Assembly (NCBI RefSeq): GCF_006345805.1 | Contig: NC_043002.1 | Coordinates: 64,914,001-64,978,000, forward strand | Source: Octopus sinensis | Taxonomy: Eukaryota | Reading direction: 5' to 3' | Length of the DNA stretch: 64,000 nucleotides | Program-made: the position numbers and the translations under genes | The notes under the pieces: generated by a model | Told to the model about the DNA's origin: nothing | Seen by the model: only the letters and a program-made list of their open reading frames with translations | Databases searched by the model: none | In this document: positions 1-12,432 of the stretch, piece after piece | How positions within the stretch are numbered: position 1 is the stretch's first letter | Layout of the letters: the number at the start of each line of letters is the position of its first letter

Positions 1-371
1 TTAGTATAATTTTTGGTAGTAATGACTTTGTCCCTCCTAGTGTGAGGCATTTATGTGTAATAATGCCCTTTATACAATATAGATATAATTAATTTGTTCA
101 AAAGAAAAAATTATTTTCGGATTCTTTTCTTTTATGAGGTTTTCACGCTAGCTACCCGATAATTTCTTGTTAAGATCCCTTATTAAGAGATTATCCTTAA
201 TTGTTAAACTTATTCCGAAATACTTTTCATTACCCGACATGCAGTTCGTAAAAAGCCCGCCATTTACCGGATATATGATTTATAAACATTCCATGTGCTT
301 GGCCGGAGTGAACAGTTGTCTGTTCGTCTTCGCTACATAAGGTTGGTTTATTTATGATGTATTCAGAATCA

Positions 372-427
372 GTTCTGCTGACGATCATTAGACGCAAGTT
401 GTATGTGAAATCACGGTGATACAGAAC
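372..427 (+). ncRNA. Type I hammerhead ribozyme motif, unit 1 (further copies at 849-904, 1323-1378, 1798-1853, 2271-2326, 2746-2801, 3222-3277, 3698-3753, 4174-4229, 4650-4705, 5123-5178)
   Basis: gttctg-CTGACGA-(tcattagac GCAA gttgtatgt)-GAAA-tcacggtga-TA-cagaac. Stem I gttctg/cagaac, canonical CUGANGA and GAAA core, stem II capped by a GNRA loop, near-palindromic stem III (atcac-g-gtgat), AUA cleavage triplet with cut predicted after 421. Confidence 0.9.
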
Positions 428-3400
428 ATAATTCATTTTTAAATGTCTTGCTTTGAAAAACTGCATTTGGGTATGATTAGTATAATTTTTGGTAGTAATG
501 ACTTTGTCCCTCCTAGTGTGAGGCATTTATGTGTAATAATGCCCTTTATACAATATAGATATAATTAATTTGTTCAAAAGAAAAAAATTATTTTCGGATT
601 CTTTTCTTTTATGAGGTTTTCACGCTAGCTACCCGATAATTTCTTGTTAAGATCCCTTATTAAGAGATTATCCTTAATTGTTAAACTTATTCCGAAATAC
701 TTTTCATTACCCGACATGCAGTTCGTAAAAAGCCCGCCATTTACCGGATATATGATTTATAAACATTCCATGTGCTTGGCCGGAGTGAACAGTTGTCTGT
801 TCGTCTTCGCTACATAAGGTTGGTTTATTTATGATGTATTCAGAATCAGTTCTGCTGACGATCATTAGACGCAAGTTGTATGTGAAATCACGGTGATACA
901 GAACATAATTCATTTTTAAATGTCTTGCTTTGAAAAACTGCATTTGGGTATGATTAGTATAATTTTGGTAGTAATGACTTTGTCCCTCCTAGTGTGAGGC
1001 ATTTATGTGTAATAATGCCCTTATACAATATAGATATAATTAATTTGTTCAAAAGAAAAAATTATTTTCGGATTCTTTTCTTTTATGAGGTTTTCACGCT
1101 AGCTACCCGATAATTTCTTGTTAAGATCCCTTATTAAGAGATTATCCTTAATTGTTAAACTTATTCCGAAATACTTTTCATTACCCGACATGCAGTTCGT
1201 AAAAAGCCCGCCATTTACCGGATATATGATTTATAAACATTCCATGTGCTTGGCCGGAGTGAACAGTTGTCTGTTCGTCTTCGCTACATAAGGTTGGTTT
1301 ATTTATGATGTATTCAGAATCAGTTCTGCTGACGATCATTAGACGCAAGTTGTATGTGAAATCACGGTGATACAGAACATAATTCATTTTTAAATGTCTT
1401 GCTTTGAAAAACTGCATTTGGGTATGATTAGTATAATTTTTGGTAGTAATGACTTTGTCCCTCCTAGTGTGAGGCATTTATGTGTAATAATGCCCTTTAT
1501 ACAATATAGATATAATTAATTTGTTCAAAAGAAAAAATTATTTTCGGATTCTTTTCTTTTATGAGGTTTTCACGCTAGCTACCGATAATTTCTTGTTAAG
1601 ATCCCTTATTAAGAGATTATCCTTAATTGTTAAACTTATTCCGAAATACTTTTCATTACCCGACATGCAGTTCGTAAAAAGCCCGCCATTTACCGGATAT
1701 ATGATTTATAAACATTCCATGTGCTTGGCCGGAGTGAACAGTTGTCTGTTCGTCTTCGCTACATAAGGTTGGTTTATTTATGATGTATTCAGAATCAGTT
1801 CTGCTGACGATCATTAGACGCAAGTTGTATGTGAAATCACGGTGATACAGAACATAATTCATTTTTAAATGTCTTGCTTTGAAAAACTGCATTTGGGTAT
1901 GATTAGTATAATTTTTGGTAGTAATGACTTGTCCCTCCTAGTGTGAGGCATTTATGTGTAATAATGCCCTTATACAATATAGATATAATTAATTTGTTCA
2001 AAAGAAAAAATTATTTTCGGATTCTTTTCTTTTATGAGGTTTTCACGCTAGCTACCCGATAATTCTTGTTAAGATCCCTTATTAAGAGATTATCCTTAAT
2101 TGTTAAACTTATTCCGAAATACTTTTCATTACCCGACATGCAGTTCGTAAAAAGCCCGCCATTTACCGGATATATGATTTATAAACATTCCATGTGCTTG
2201 GCCGGAGTGAACAGTTGTCTGTTCGTCTTCGCTACATAAGGTTGGTTTATTTATGATGTATTCAGAATCAGTTCTGCTGACGATCATTAGACGCAAGTTG
2301 TATGTGAAATCACGGTGATACAGAACATAATTCATTTTTAAATGTCTTGCTTTGAAAAACTGCATTTGGGTATGATTAGTATAATTTTTGGTAGTAATGA
2401 CTTTGTCCCTCCTAGTGTGAGGCATTTATGTGTAATAATGCCCTTATACAATATAGATATAATTAATTTGTTCAAAAGAAAAAATTATTTTCGGATTCTT
2501 TTCTTTTATGAGGTTTTCACGCTAGCTACCCGATAATTTCTTGTTAAGATCCCTTATTAAGAGATTATCCTTAATTGTTAAACTTATTCCGAAATACTTT
2601 TCATTACCCGACATGCAGTTCGTAAAAAGCCCGCCATTTACCGGATATATGATTTATAAACATTCCATGTGCTTGGCCGGAGTGAACAGTTGTCTGTTCG
2701 TCTTCGCTACATAAGGTTGGTTTATTTATGATGTATTCAGAATCAGTTCTGCTGACGATCATTAGACGCAAGTTGTATGTGAAATCACGGTGATACAGAA
2801 CATAATTCATTTTTAAATGTCTTGCTTTGAAAAACTGCATTTGGGTATGATTAGTATAATTTTTGGTAGTAATGACTTTGTCCCTCCTAGTGTGAGGCAT
2901 TTATGTGTAATAATGCCCTTTATACAATATAGATATAATTAATTTGTTCAAAAGAAAAAAATTATTTTCGGATTCTTTTCTTTTATGAGGTTTTCACGCT
3001 AGCTACCGATAATTTCTTGTTAAGATCCCTTATTAAGAGATTATCCTTAATTGTTAAACTTATTCCGAAATACTTTTCATTACCCGACATGCAGTTCGTA
3101 AAAAGCCCGCCATTTACCGGATATATGATTTATAAACATTCCATGTGCTTGGCCGGAGTGAACAGTTGTCTGTTCGTCTTCGCTACATAAGGTTGGTTTA
3201 TTTATGATGTATTCAGAATCAGTTCTGCTGACGATCATTAGACGCAAGTTGTATGTGAAATCACGGTGATACAGAACATAATTCATTTTTAAATGTCTTG
3301 CTTTGAAAAACTGCATTTGGGTATGATTAGTATAATTTTTGGTAGTAATGACTTTGTCCCTCCTAGTGTGAGGCATTTATGTGTAATAATGCCCTTTATA

Positions 3401-5122
3401 CAATATAGATATAATTAATTTGTTCAAAAGAAAAAAATTATTTTCGGATTCTTTTCTTTTATGAGGTTTTCACGCTAGCTACCCGATAATTCTTGTTAAG
3501 ATCCCTTATTAAGAGATTATCCTTAATTGTTAAACTTATTCCGAAATACTTTTCATTACCCGACATGCAGTTCGTAAAAAGCCCGCCATTTACCGGATAT
3601 ATGATTTATAAACATTCCATGTGCTTGGCCGGAGTGAACAGTTGTCTGTTCGTCTTCGCTACATAAGGTTGGTTTATTTATGATGTATTCAGAATCAGTT
3701 CTGCTGACGATCATTAGACGCAAGTTGTATGTGAAATCACGGTGATACAGAACATAATTCATTTTTAAATGTCTTGCTTTGAAAAACTGCATTTGGGTAT
3801 GATTAGTATAATTTTTGGTAGTAATGACTTTGTCCCTCCTAGTGTGAGGCATTTATGTGTAATAATGCCCTTTATACAATATAGATATAATTAATTTGTT
3901 CAAAAGAAAAAATTATTTTCGGATTCTTTTCTTTTATGAGGTTTTCACGCTAGCTACCCGATAATTTCTTGTTAAGATCCCTTATTAAGAGATTATCCTT
4001 AATTGTTAAACTTATTCCGAAATACTTTTCATTACCCGACATGCAGTTCGTAAAAAGCCCGCCATTTACCGGATATATGATTTATAAACATTCCATGTGC
4101 TTGGCCGGAGTGAACAGTTGTCTGTTCGTCTTCGCTACATAAGGTTGGTTTATTTATGATGTATTCAGAATCAGTTCTGCTGACGATCATTAGACGCAAG
4201 TTGTATGTGAAATCACGGTGATACAGAACATAATTCATTTTTAAATGTCTTGCTTTGAAAAACTGCATTTGGGTATGATTAGTATAATTTTTGGTAGTAA
4301 TGACTTTGTCCCTCCTAGTGTGAGGCATTTATGTGTAATAATGCCCTTTATACAATATAGATATAATTAATTTGTTCAAAAGAAAAAATTATTTTCGGAT
4401 TCTTTTCTTTTATGAGGTTTTCACGCTAGCTACCCGATAATTTCTTGTTAAGATCCCTTATTAAGAGATTATCCTTAATTGTTAAACTTATTCCGAAATA
4501 CTTTTCATTACCCGACATGCAGTTCGTAAAAAGCCCGCCATTTACCGGATATATGATTTATAAACATTCCATGTGCTTGGCCGGAGTGAACAGTTGTCTG
4601 TTCGTCTTCGCTACATAAGGTTGGTTTATTTATGATGTATTCAGAATCAGTTCTGCTGACGATCATTAGACGCAAGTTGTATGTGAAATCACGGTGATAC
4701 AGAACATAATTCATTTTTAAATGTCTTGCTTTGAAAAACTGCATTTGGGTATGATTAGTATAATTTTGGTAGTAATGACTTTGTCCCTCCTAGTGTGAGG
4801 CATTTATGTGTAATAATGCCCTTATACAATATAGATATAATTAATTTGTTCAAAAGAAAAAATTATTTTCGGATTCTTTTCTTTTATGAGGTTTTCACGC
4901 TAGCTACCGATAATTTCTTGTTAAGATCCCTTATTAAGAGATTATCCTTAATTGTTAAACTTATTCCGAAATACTTTTCATTACCCGACATGCAGTTCGT
5001 AAAAAGCCCGCCATTTACCGGATATATGATTTATAAACATTCCATGTGCTTGGCCGGAGTGAACAGTTGTCTGTTCGTCTTCGCTACATAAGGTTGGTTT
5101 ATTTATGATGTATTCAGAATCA

Positions 5123-5178
5123 GTTCTGCTGACGATCATTAGACGCAAGTTGTATGTGAAATCACGGTGATACAGAAC
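5123..5178 (+). ncRNA. Type I hammerhead ribozyme motif, last (11th) copy in the array
   Basis: Same sequence as 372-427. Confidence 0.9.
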
Positions 5179-5432
5179 ATAATTCATTTTTAAATGTCTT
5201 GCTTTGAAAAACTGCATTTGGGTATGATTAGTATAATTTTGGTAGTAATGACTTTGTCCCTCCTAGTGTGAGGCATTTATGTGTAATAATGCCCTTATAC
5301 AATATAGATATAATTAATTTGTTCAAAAGAAAAAATTATTTTCGGATTCTTTTCTTTTATGAGGTTTTCACGCTAGCTACCGATAATTTCTTGTTAAGAT
5401 CCCTTATTAAGAGATTATCCTTAATTGTTAAA

Positions 5433-5468
<36 letters not shown>

Positions 5469-6302
5469 TTATATATATGTACGTAGATTCAAAGAAGCAT
5501 ACTATGTACACACCTGACACACGGATATTTCTTGATACCTTCTTATTGTATCACTTTTCGTCAATTCTATACTGTAATTAATTTCTTGATTTATGAATAT
5601 GAAGCAAAGAACAAAATATTGTATTCAACCTTTCGATATTTATCTAATTTGTATTGCGTCCTCTATTTCTCTCTTATTCTTCATTTCTCTTTTATTTTCC
5701 TGCTTTGCCACTTTTCCTTAGATTATAAAACGTAGGCAGTTTATCACAGAATTGTTGATTAGCAATTAAAGTAAATATTTTCCATTCTTTTCGGATTTCT
5801 TTCCATTTCAAGATATTTTTCGTAACAAATGAATGCAATGTGTACTTAATATAGTGTTTTAAATTGTGAATGTATGTCTGTGGTGATCAGGTTTTTTTAG
5901 TGCTCTGCATAATTCATAGCTGAATGTTTTAATATGATCTCTCTTAAACATGTTCATATTTTACAAAATTTTAAATTGATTAGTCTAATATGTCTGTGGT
6001 TATAAGTAGCACTATTGGAGAAGAAGCATTAGTTTGTATATTCTAAATAAGTGTTAAGTGCATTATATACACTAACACAAATGGCTAAGATACACCAAGA
6101 TGTAATGGGTTTGAATTTTGGTGTTGAAAAGATGGAGACACCGAATCTACCAGCTGGAGATGAATATTTGTCTGCCTATATCTGTTTTCTGATTTTCTTT
6201 ATTACTCTGTTCGTTCTCACAGTCAACGTAATATAGTTTGGCAGTTCTAACTATATATATTTGTCTTTTGCTTAAGTACTGTGCTTGAGAGTAAAAGCTA
6301 GA

Positions 6303-6604
6303 ATTGTCTGTTCCTTCTCGAGCCACACCTGGCTGATAAGGGCCGGTTTCCCGGTTTACTTGGCGTATAGGTCCCCATCTGGACGGGACAGCGGTCCGTC
6401 GCAGGTGAGCTGCAAGATGCAGGAGGAAAGAGTGAGAGAAAGTTGTGGCGAAAGAATCCGCAGAAGTTCGCCATTATCTTCTGCTGGAGCCGCGTGGAGC
6501 TTAGGTGTCTCGCTCATAAATACACATCACCCGGTCTGAGATTCGAACTCGCGATCTCTCAACCGCGAGTCCGCTGCTCTAACCACTAGGCCATGCGCCT
6601 CCAC
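6303..6604 (-). mobile_element. tRNA-derived SINE (Octopus OR-like family), full length
   Basis: Minus strand begins gtggaggcgcatggcctagtggttagagc (A box) ... gagttcgaatctc (B box). 10-bp TSD aaaagctaga at 6293-6302 and 6605-6614. Confidence 0.9.
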
Positions 6605-6829
6605 AAAAGCTAGAGTAGTGGTTATTAATTCCGCCATATGGAAATATGCACGAGCGTACGCGCATGTGCGTACTTATGCTGATACTATGGGCGCGCCTCC
6701 ACCACAGATGGCCCCCACATGTATCTTAGAATAATAAGCACGCAAATATTAAAAACGATATATTCAGAATACTCACTACCCATGAATTTATTCGCAACAA
6801 TTCCAAACACTACTGCTGCAACCACAACA

Positions 6830-7602
6830 AGTCATTTTTAGGTCACTTGACCATTGAGGAATAGTCTACTTCTGTCATACCACTACCGTCATTTTCTGCT
6901 TCTTTCTTTTCCTCCTTCTTCTTTTATCTCTTCTTTTCCTACTCCCGCTTCTTCTTCTTCTTCTTCTTCTTCTTCTTCTTCTTCTTCTTCTTCTTCTTCT
7001 TCTTCTTCTTCTTCGTCTTCCTTTCCTCTTCTTCTTCTTCGTCTTCCTTTTCTTCTTCTTCTTCTTCTTCTCCTCCTTCTTCTTCTTATTATATTATCCT
7101 CCCCTTCTTCTTATTATTATTCTCCTCCTCCTCCTTCTTCTTCTTCTTCTTCTTCTACTACTACTCTTCTTCTTCTTCTTCTCCTCTTTCTCCTCCTCCT
7201 TCTCCTCCTTCTTCTTTTTCTTCTTCTTCTTCTTCACTCTCTCCTTCGTTGCCTACTGTTGCTGCTGCTTAAACAATCAAAATACAGAACCAATATCTTT
7301 CATATTAACTTTTTCTTCAGGTTTGCTACTACCTACCAAACCTTCACAAAAATAAAATTGAGAGAGAGGCAGAAAAAAGAAAATGTCCTACCTACTTCAA
7401 GATTATGGAAATATTTTTAAAAAACATTTTACTATTTTTTTCCAAAATCTAATTGTTTTGCTTACTTTATTCTAAGTTGAAAAGTTCGAAACGACTGAAA
7501 CCGGTAGTAAAATGTACTTAATGATGAAAATATTTTAGTATTTTCTACCTTGTCTTATTTTCCTTATACATATCAACACGTGTGCTACTTTGCAACCTTC
7601 TA
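6830..7602 (+). mobile_element. Penelope-like pLTR/3' fragment with internal (CTT)n tract
   Basis: 3' part (gaaaccggtagtaaaatgtacttaatgatgaaaat...cttattttccttatacatatcaac) matches 31280-31405, which lies downstream of a GIY-YIG fragment. Confidence 0.6.
6948..7240. repeat. (CTT)n / (CTC)n microsatellite
   Basis: Seen directly; produces the spurious poly-S/L ORF. Confidence 0.95.
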
Positions 7603-7699
7603 CATACATACATACATACATACATACATACATACATACATACATACATACATACATACATACATACATACATACATACATGTGTGTGTGTGCGTGTTT

Positions 7700-8621
7700 G
7701 ACTTGTCTCGAGCGTAACTGCTCGAAACAGTAAGGGCATCTGGTAAACTTGATGGACGAATGACCCGTCTTTTTTTGTCTGCCCTTCTAATTGTTGTTTC
7801 TCCTGTCAACCTTTGTTTCGTGAATCTGTCTGAAAGTTTTATTGCCTTATATTGTGATTTTGTTCTATTTTTTATATTTATATTACACGTAGCGGCGTAC
7901 GTACACAATTGTGCTCACCTTATAGTAGGCATGTATCTAAATTTTGTCCGACTCTTACTTTACCTACATGCATTCTCCGTCCTTTCTTTTTCTCACCCTC
8001 CTCCCCATTCCCACATTTCTTGCCCTTCTCTTTCTTTAACTCCCACTTTTCCCCTCGTTTATCTCCCTTGTACCTTTCGCTTTATCTCTGATTTTCTTTC
8101 TAATCCTTCAATCCCGCTGCCTACTACACCCTCTCCTCCTTCATCGTGACCGGTGTTCAGCAAGCCATGTTCTTTCTTTCTTAGCCAGACTGCCAACCGC
8201 CAATATCTCTTATGTCCATTTCCTATCTGCCTGCCTTTAGGCTTTCATTTCACATATGCCAGCTCAATTTGATTCGTTCTCAGTCGAAAGATACCTGTTG
8301 TTATATTTTTGTTTGTATTTATAATTGTGTACGATGTTCTCCATTTTTTTTCTTTGTTGCTGTATATATTCGTTTGCTTTCTTAAAAAAAGTCTAATGCT
8401 CTTAGCTTAAACTTTTTGGGGGCAACCAGATCGTTCTGTCTCAAGTGTAACTGCCCGAAACAGTAAGGACGTCTGGTATACATGACTGAAGAAAGAATTA
8501 CACGAATGACCCGTCTTCCTTGCTTTTTTTTGCCTGTCATTCTAATTGCTGTTTCTCCTGTCCGCCTTTGTATTGTATATCTGTCCGAATGTTTTATTGT
8601 CCTCTATTGCATTTTTGTTCC

Positions 8622-8626
<5 letters not shown>
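7700..8626 (+). mobile_element. Interspersed repeat with diverged direct terminal repeats (pLTR-like); related copies at ~31900-32450 and ~58310-58500
   Basis: tgtctcgagcgtaactgctcgaaacagtaagg...gaatgacccgtct at ~7705 recurs at ~8437; ends in (TA)n. The internal gtgaccggtgttc motif is shared with ~31977. Confidence 0.6.
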
Positions 8627-8685
<59 letters not shown>

Positions 8686-8790
8686 TATATATATATATTA
8701 TATATATATATATTAATATATAAATATATATAATGGAACAAAAATGTATATATATGTATATATATACATACATGTATATATATAATGTGT

Positions 8791-8830
<40 letters not shown>

Positions 8831-8867
8831 CACATACAGATGTATATATGTACATGTAAATATTCTT

Positions 8868-9040
8868 TTATTCTCTTACTTGTTTCAGTCATTTAAGTGC
8901 GGTCATGCTGGAGCAAAGCATTACAGGTTTTAGTTGGCCCGCGTCCATAGTACAAAACACTTGCCCAAGGTGCCACCCCGTGTGACTGAACTCAGAACGA
9001 TGCTGCTGGTAATAAAGCTTCTTATCACAGAGCCACGTCA
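8868..9040 (-). mobile_element. Internally deleted tRNA-derived SINE (family of 36806-37230)
   Basis: Carries the family's 3' end (cttgtttcagtcattt...catgctggagca) and head segment (cacttgcccaaggtgccac). Confidence 0.7.
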
Positions 9041-9969
9041 AGGCCTACATACACACATTCATACACGCACACACACATGCACATACATACATACATACAT
9101 ACATACATACATACATACATACATACTACATACATACATACATGCATACATACATACATACAACATATATATATATATACTGTTCCGTCGAGAACGCGAG
9201 GGATCATCAAAAACAGTACTACATCCAGTGACAGATAAATGTTACTTAATATACAAAGTATCTAAATTCGAGATACCATTAGTTTCATATCTCTGATAAA
9301 CAGTTGCCTTAGAAGCTTGTAGAGCGTGCCGTGTGTTTTAACGTCATGCACTCAGAATTTAGAGATATATAGTAAGAACACTTCAAATCAGCAGAGACAT
9401 TTGATAAAAATTGTAAATAAAAAGTGTGCATAATAGACCGTAAGGTCGCAAGGGGTCCGACACGTAAGACAGAGAGCAAATGATAAAGGATAGCGAGGAG
9501 AAAAGGCGAATGATGTGAGGTAACAAAGGAGTAATTTTGCAGCGAGTGTCACAAAACACGTACAGTTAAACGAAGACAGGCAACGATAAATGGAGAGTCT
9601 TCTCACATACACATACACAGACACATACACAGACACATACTTTTGTGTGAGTCTGTGTGTGTGTGTTTGCGTGTGTGTTTGTGTGTGTGTGTGTGTGAGT
9701 GTAGAATATGTAGAATAATATTACAGTTTGTGTTAAAGTAATTATGATTGTAGAATTACAGAACTTAATAGAAACATATGCATTTAAATTAATAGAATGG
9801 TCTGGAAGTTTATAATTTTGGTGACAACAAAGCAATATATACTGTTCTAACAATATATAAATGTATATTTGTAACTTATGAGGTATCGAAACCTTAATTA
9901 GCTCAAAATCTGGCATATATTTCTAATATCTAAATAAGGGTGTATGTACATGTACAATTTATAATGTTG

Positions 9970-10021
<52 letters not shown>

Positions 10022-10069
10022 TGTGTGTGTGGTGTGTGTGTGTGTGTGTGTTTGTGTGTGTGTTTGTGT

Positions 10070-10430
10070 GTGTGTATTCGTGTATGTATCTGTATATATT
10101 CATCGCGAGACACAGACACACATAAAAGCGCCTTGCAACCGAACACTCGAGTAGGTAGACAGTGATTATGCGGTGTGTATACGGTAATGTGTTACTAAAA
10201 TATTCATGTCTGAAAATCCATTGATGTGTGTGTGTGTTGTGTGTGTGTTTGTGTGTGTGGTGTATTCGTGTAGTATCTGTATATATTCATCGCGAGACAC
10301 AGACACACATAAAAGCGCCTTGCAACCGAACACTCGAGTAGGTAGACAGTGATTATGCGTGTGTGTATACGGTAATGTGTTACTAAAATATTCATGTCTG
10401 AAAATCCATTGATGTGTGTGTGTGTTTGTG
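10070..10430. repeat. ~188-bp tandem duplication bounded by (TG)n
   Basis: tatattcatcgcgagacacagacac...gtctgaaaatccattgatgtgtg occurs twice (~10095 and ~10282). Confidence 0.9.
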
Positions 10431-10592
10431 TTTATGTGTCTGTGTCTGTGTATGTGTATGCGTATATATACGTAGACACAAACTCAGACATCTTGATGGA
10501 AGTATATTTTTACAGACTTGTGTATAAGACAGAAAGCGTGCAGGTGTCTTTTCATTTATCTTATGCATATGTATATATATATATATATATAT

Positions 10593-11446
10593 ATGAAAAA
10601 AGGTTTGAAAATGCAATTTAAACGATGTTTATTTACTTAACCGGTTTCACTCTTTGGCAAAAGATTGTCAAAAGTAACATTGAATATTATGGGTTCAAAA
10701 AAAGTTTTTTACATAATTGTCACATTGAATATTATGAATTCAAAAATGTTTTTTTATACATAATTGTCACATTACATGTATAAATATAGTATAAAAAAGT
10801 TCAATAGTGTGATGAGAATATTTGGAAAAATTGGCAGAAAAGAATAAAACAAATATATTATTGGAAATTTGGTTGCGTTAATTATTGGTTGTCGCAAATT
10901 GTCACATTACATGTATATATATACAGTCTTTGGTAGAAAGGACATGTTAAAGACATAAGGAAGTGTAATAGTTTGGTGAGAAAGCTTGTAATATTGACAG
11001 AGAAAATTAAAATGGATATTTTAGACATCTCAGAATATTTTGAATCGAAGGCGAGAATTTGTTTTTTACTGACCTGTTTGTTTTAGCAGAAAAGTTGAAT
11101 TGAGAGAAAAAAAGATATGTACCCAGTTTGGTTTATACTTCCCCTTCAAGCATCAGTGATTTTGGGGTTATTGGGAGGTGAGTATGCGGGTGTGAATAGA
11201 TGTGTCCGTGTGCCTGCTGGTCAGACAGCGTCTGTTGTCACACAACATATATACACACACACACAACAACAATACACACACACACATAGTATACACACAC
11301 ACACCACATACACACAACACACACACACACAGAACACACACACACACACAACGCACCCACATATATAATATATACACACAGCACACAAATATAACATGTA
11401 TTTATATATAATATACACACATATATAACACATACACACAACACAC

Positions 11447-11477
<31 letters not shown>

Positions 11478-12345
11478 CACACGCACACATATATACATAA
11501 TATAAATATCACACAAATACACCTAGCATATATATACACATACAATACACATACACAGCATGTATATAATACACATACACAATATATGCATGCAATATAC
11601 ATACGCAATACATACATATAATATATATATATATAGACACATATATATATATATGTGTGTGTGTATTGTTGTTGTGTGTGTGTGTATATATGTGTGTGAC
11701 AAACAGACGCTGTCTGACCAGCAGGTACACGGACACATCTATTCACACCCGCATACTCACCTCCCAATAACCCCAAAATCACTGATGCTTGAAGGGGAAG
11801 TATAAACCAAACTGGGTACATATCTTTTTTTCTCTCAATTCAACTTTTCTGCTAAAACAAACAGGTCAGTAAAAAACAAATTCTCGCCTTCGATTCAAAA
11901 TATTCTGAGATGTCTAAAATATCCATTTTAATTTTCTCTGTCAATATTACAAGCTTTCTCACCAAACTATTACACTTCCTTATGTCTTTAACATGTCCTT
12001 TCTACCAAAGACTGTATATATATACATGTAATGTGACAATTTGCGACAACCAATAATTAACGCAACCAAATTTCCAATAATATATTTGTTTTATTCTTTT
12101 CTGCCAATTTTTCCAAATACTCTCATCACACTATTGAACTTTTTTATACTATATTTATACATGTAATGTGACAATTATGTATAAACAAACATTTTTGAAT
12201 TCATAATATTCAATGTGACAATTATGTAAAAACCTTTTTTTGAACCCATAATATTCAATGTTACTTTTGACAATCTTTTACCAAAGAGTGAAACCGGTTA
12301 AGTAAATAAACATCGTTTAAATTTCATTTTCAAACCTTTATTCAT
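10593..12345. mobile_element. ~1.75-kb inverted repeat (fold-back) element with ~650-bp arms and a CA/TG microsatellite centre; probable inverted PLE pLTR pair
   Basis: 10593-11245 is the reverse complement of ~11695-12345 (mirror ORFs 11117+ and 11821-). The arms differ by a few substitutions and are flanked by TA repeats. Confidence 0.9.
12261..12305 (+). ncRNA. Variant/degenerate minimal hammerhead-like motif (mirror copy at 10633-10677, minus strand)
   Basis: ttactt-TTGACAA-tcttttaccaaagagt-GAAA-ccgg-TT-aagtaa. 6-bp stem I and palindromic stem III, but the core reads UUGACAA instead of CUGANGA. Confidence 0.5.
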
Positions 12346-12432
12346 ATATAATCCCACTCGTGCGATACCGCACAACTCAACTTTTATATATATATATATA
12401 TTATATATATATATATAATATATATATTATAT

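Larger units (their letters stand above)
1..5437 (+). repeat. Tandem array of a ~473-477 bp unit (~11.4 copies, runs off the window's left edge), each unit carrying a hammerhead ribozyme; candidate non-LTR retrozyme array
   Basis: The same antisense ORF recurs at 230, 707, 1181, 1656, 2129, 2604, 3080, 3556, 4032, 4508 and 4981. The copy differences I could see are homopolymer-length changes. The array ends abruptly in (TA)n at ~5437. Confidence 0.97.

Noticed and set aside
230-330. Second, opposite-polarity or twister-type ribozyme in the array unit
   Set aside because: No CUGANGA/GAAA arrangement on the minus strand; the aagcccg and ggag fragments could not be built into a twister fold by eye.
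230-526. 98/78-aa antisense ORF repeated in every array unit
   Set aside because: No recognisable domain; its 5' part is frameshifted in several copies; recurrence simply reflects identical repeat units.
1-5437. CRISPR array, or a 5S/tRNA/snRNA gene tandem
   Set aside because: No unique spacers and no recognisable 5S, tRNA or snRNA sequence. The tggccggagtg and gttcg motifs only weakly resemble Pol III A/B boxes.
6854-7420. 188-aa ORF and the many YI/CV/HT/poly-N ORFs across the window
   Set aside because: Translations of microsatellites, not genes.
8405-8470. Hairpin followed by GAAA (gggca...tgccc-gaaa; similar at ~32233-32280) as a hammerhead
   Set aside because: No CUGANGA-like 5' core and no consistent stem I.
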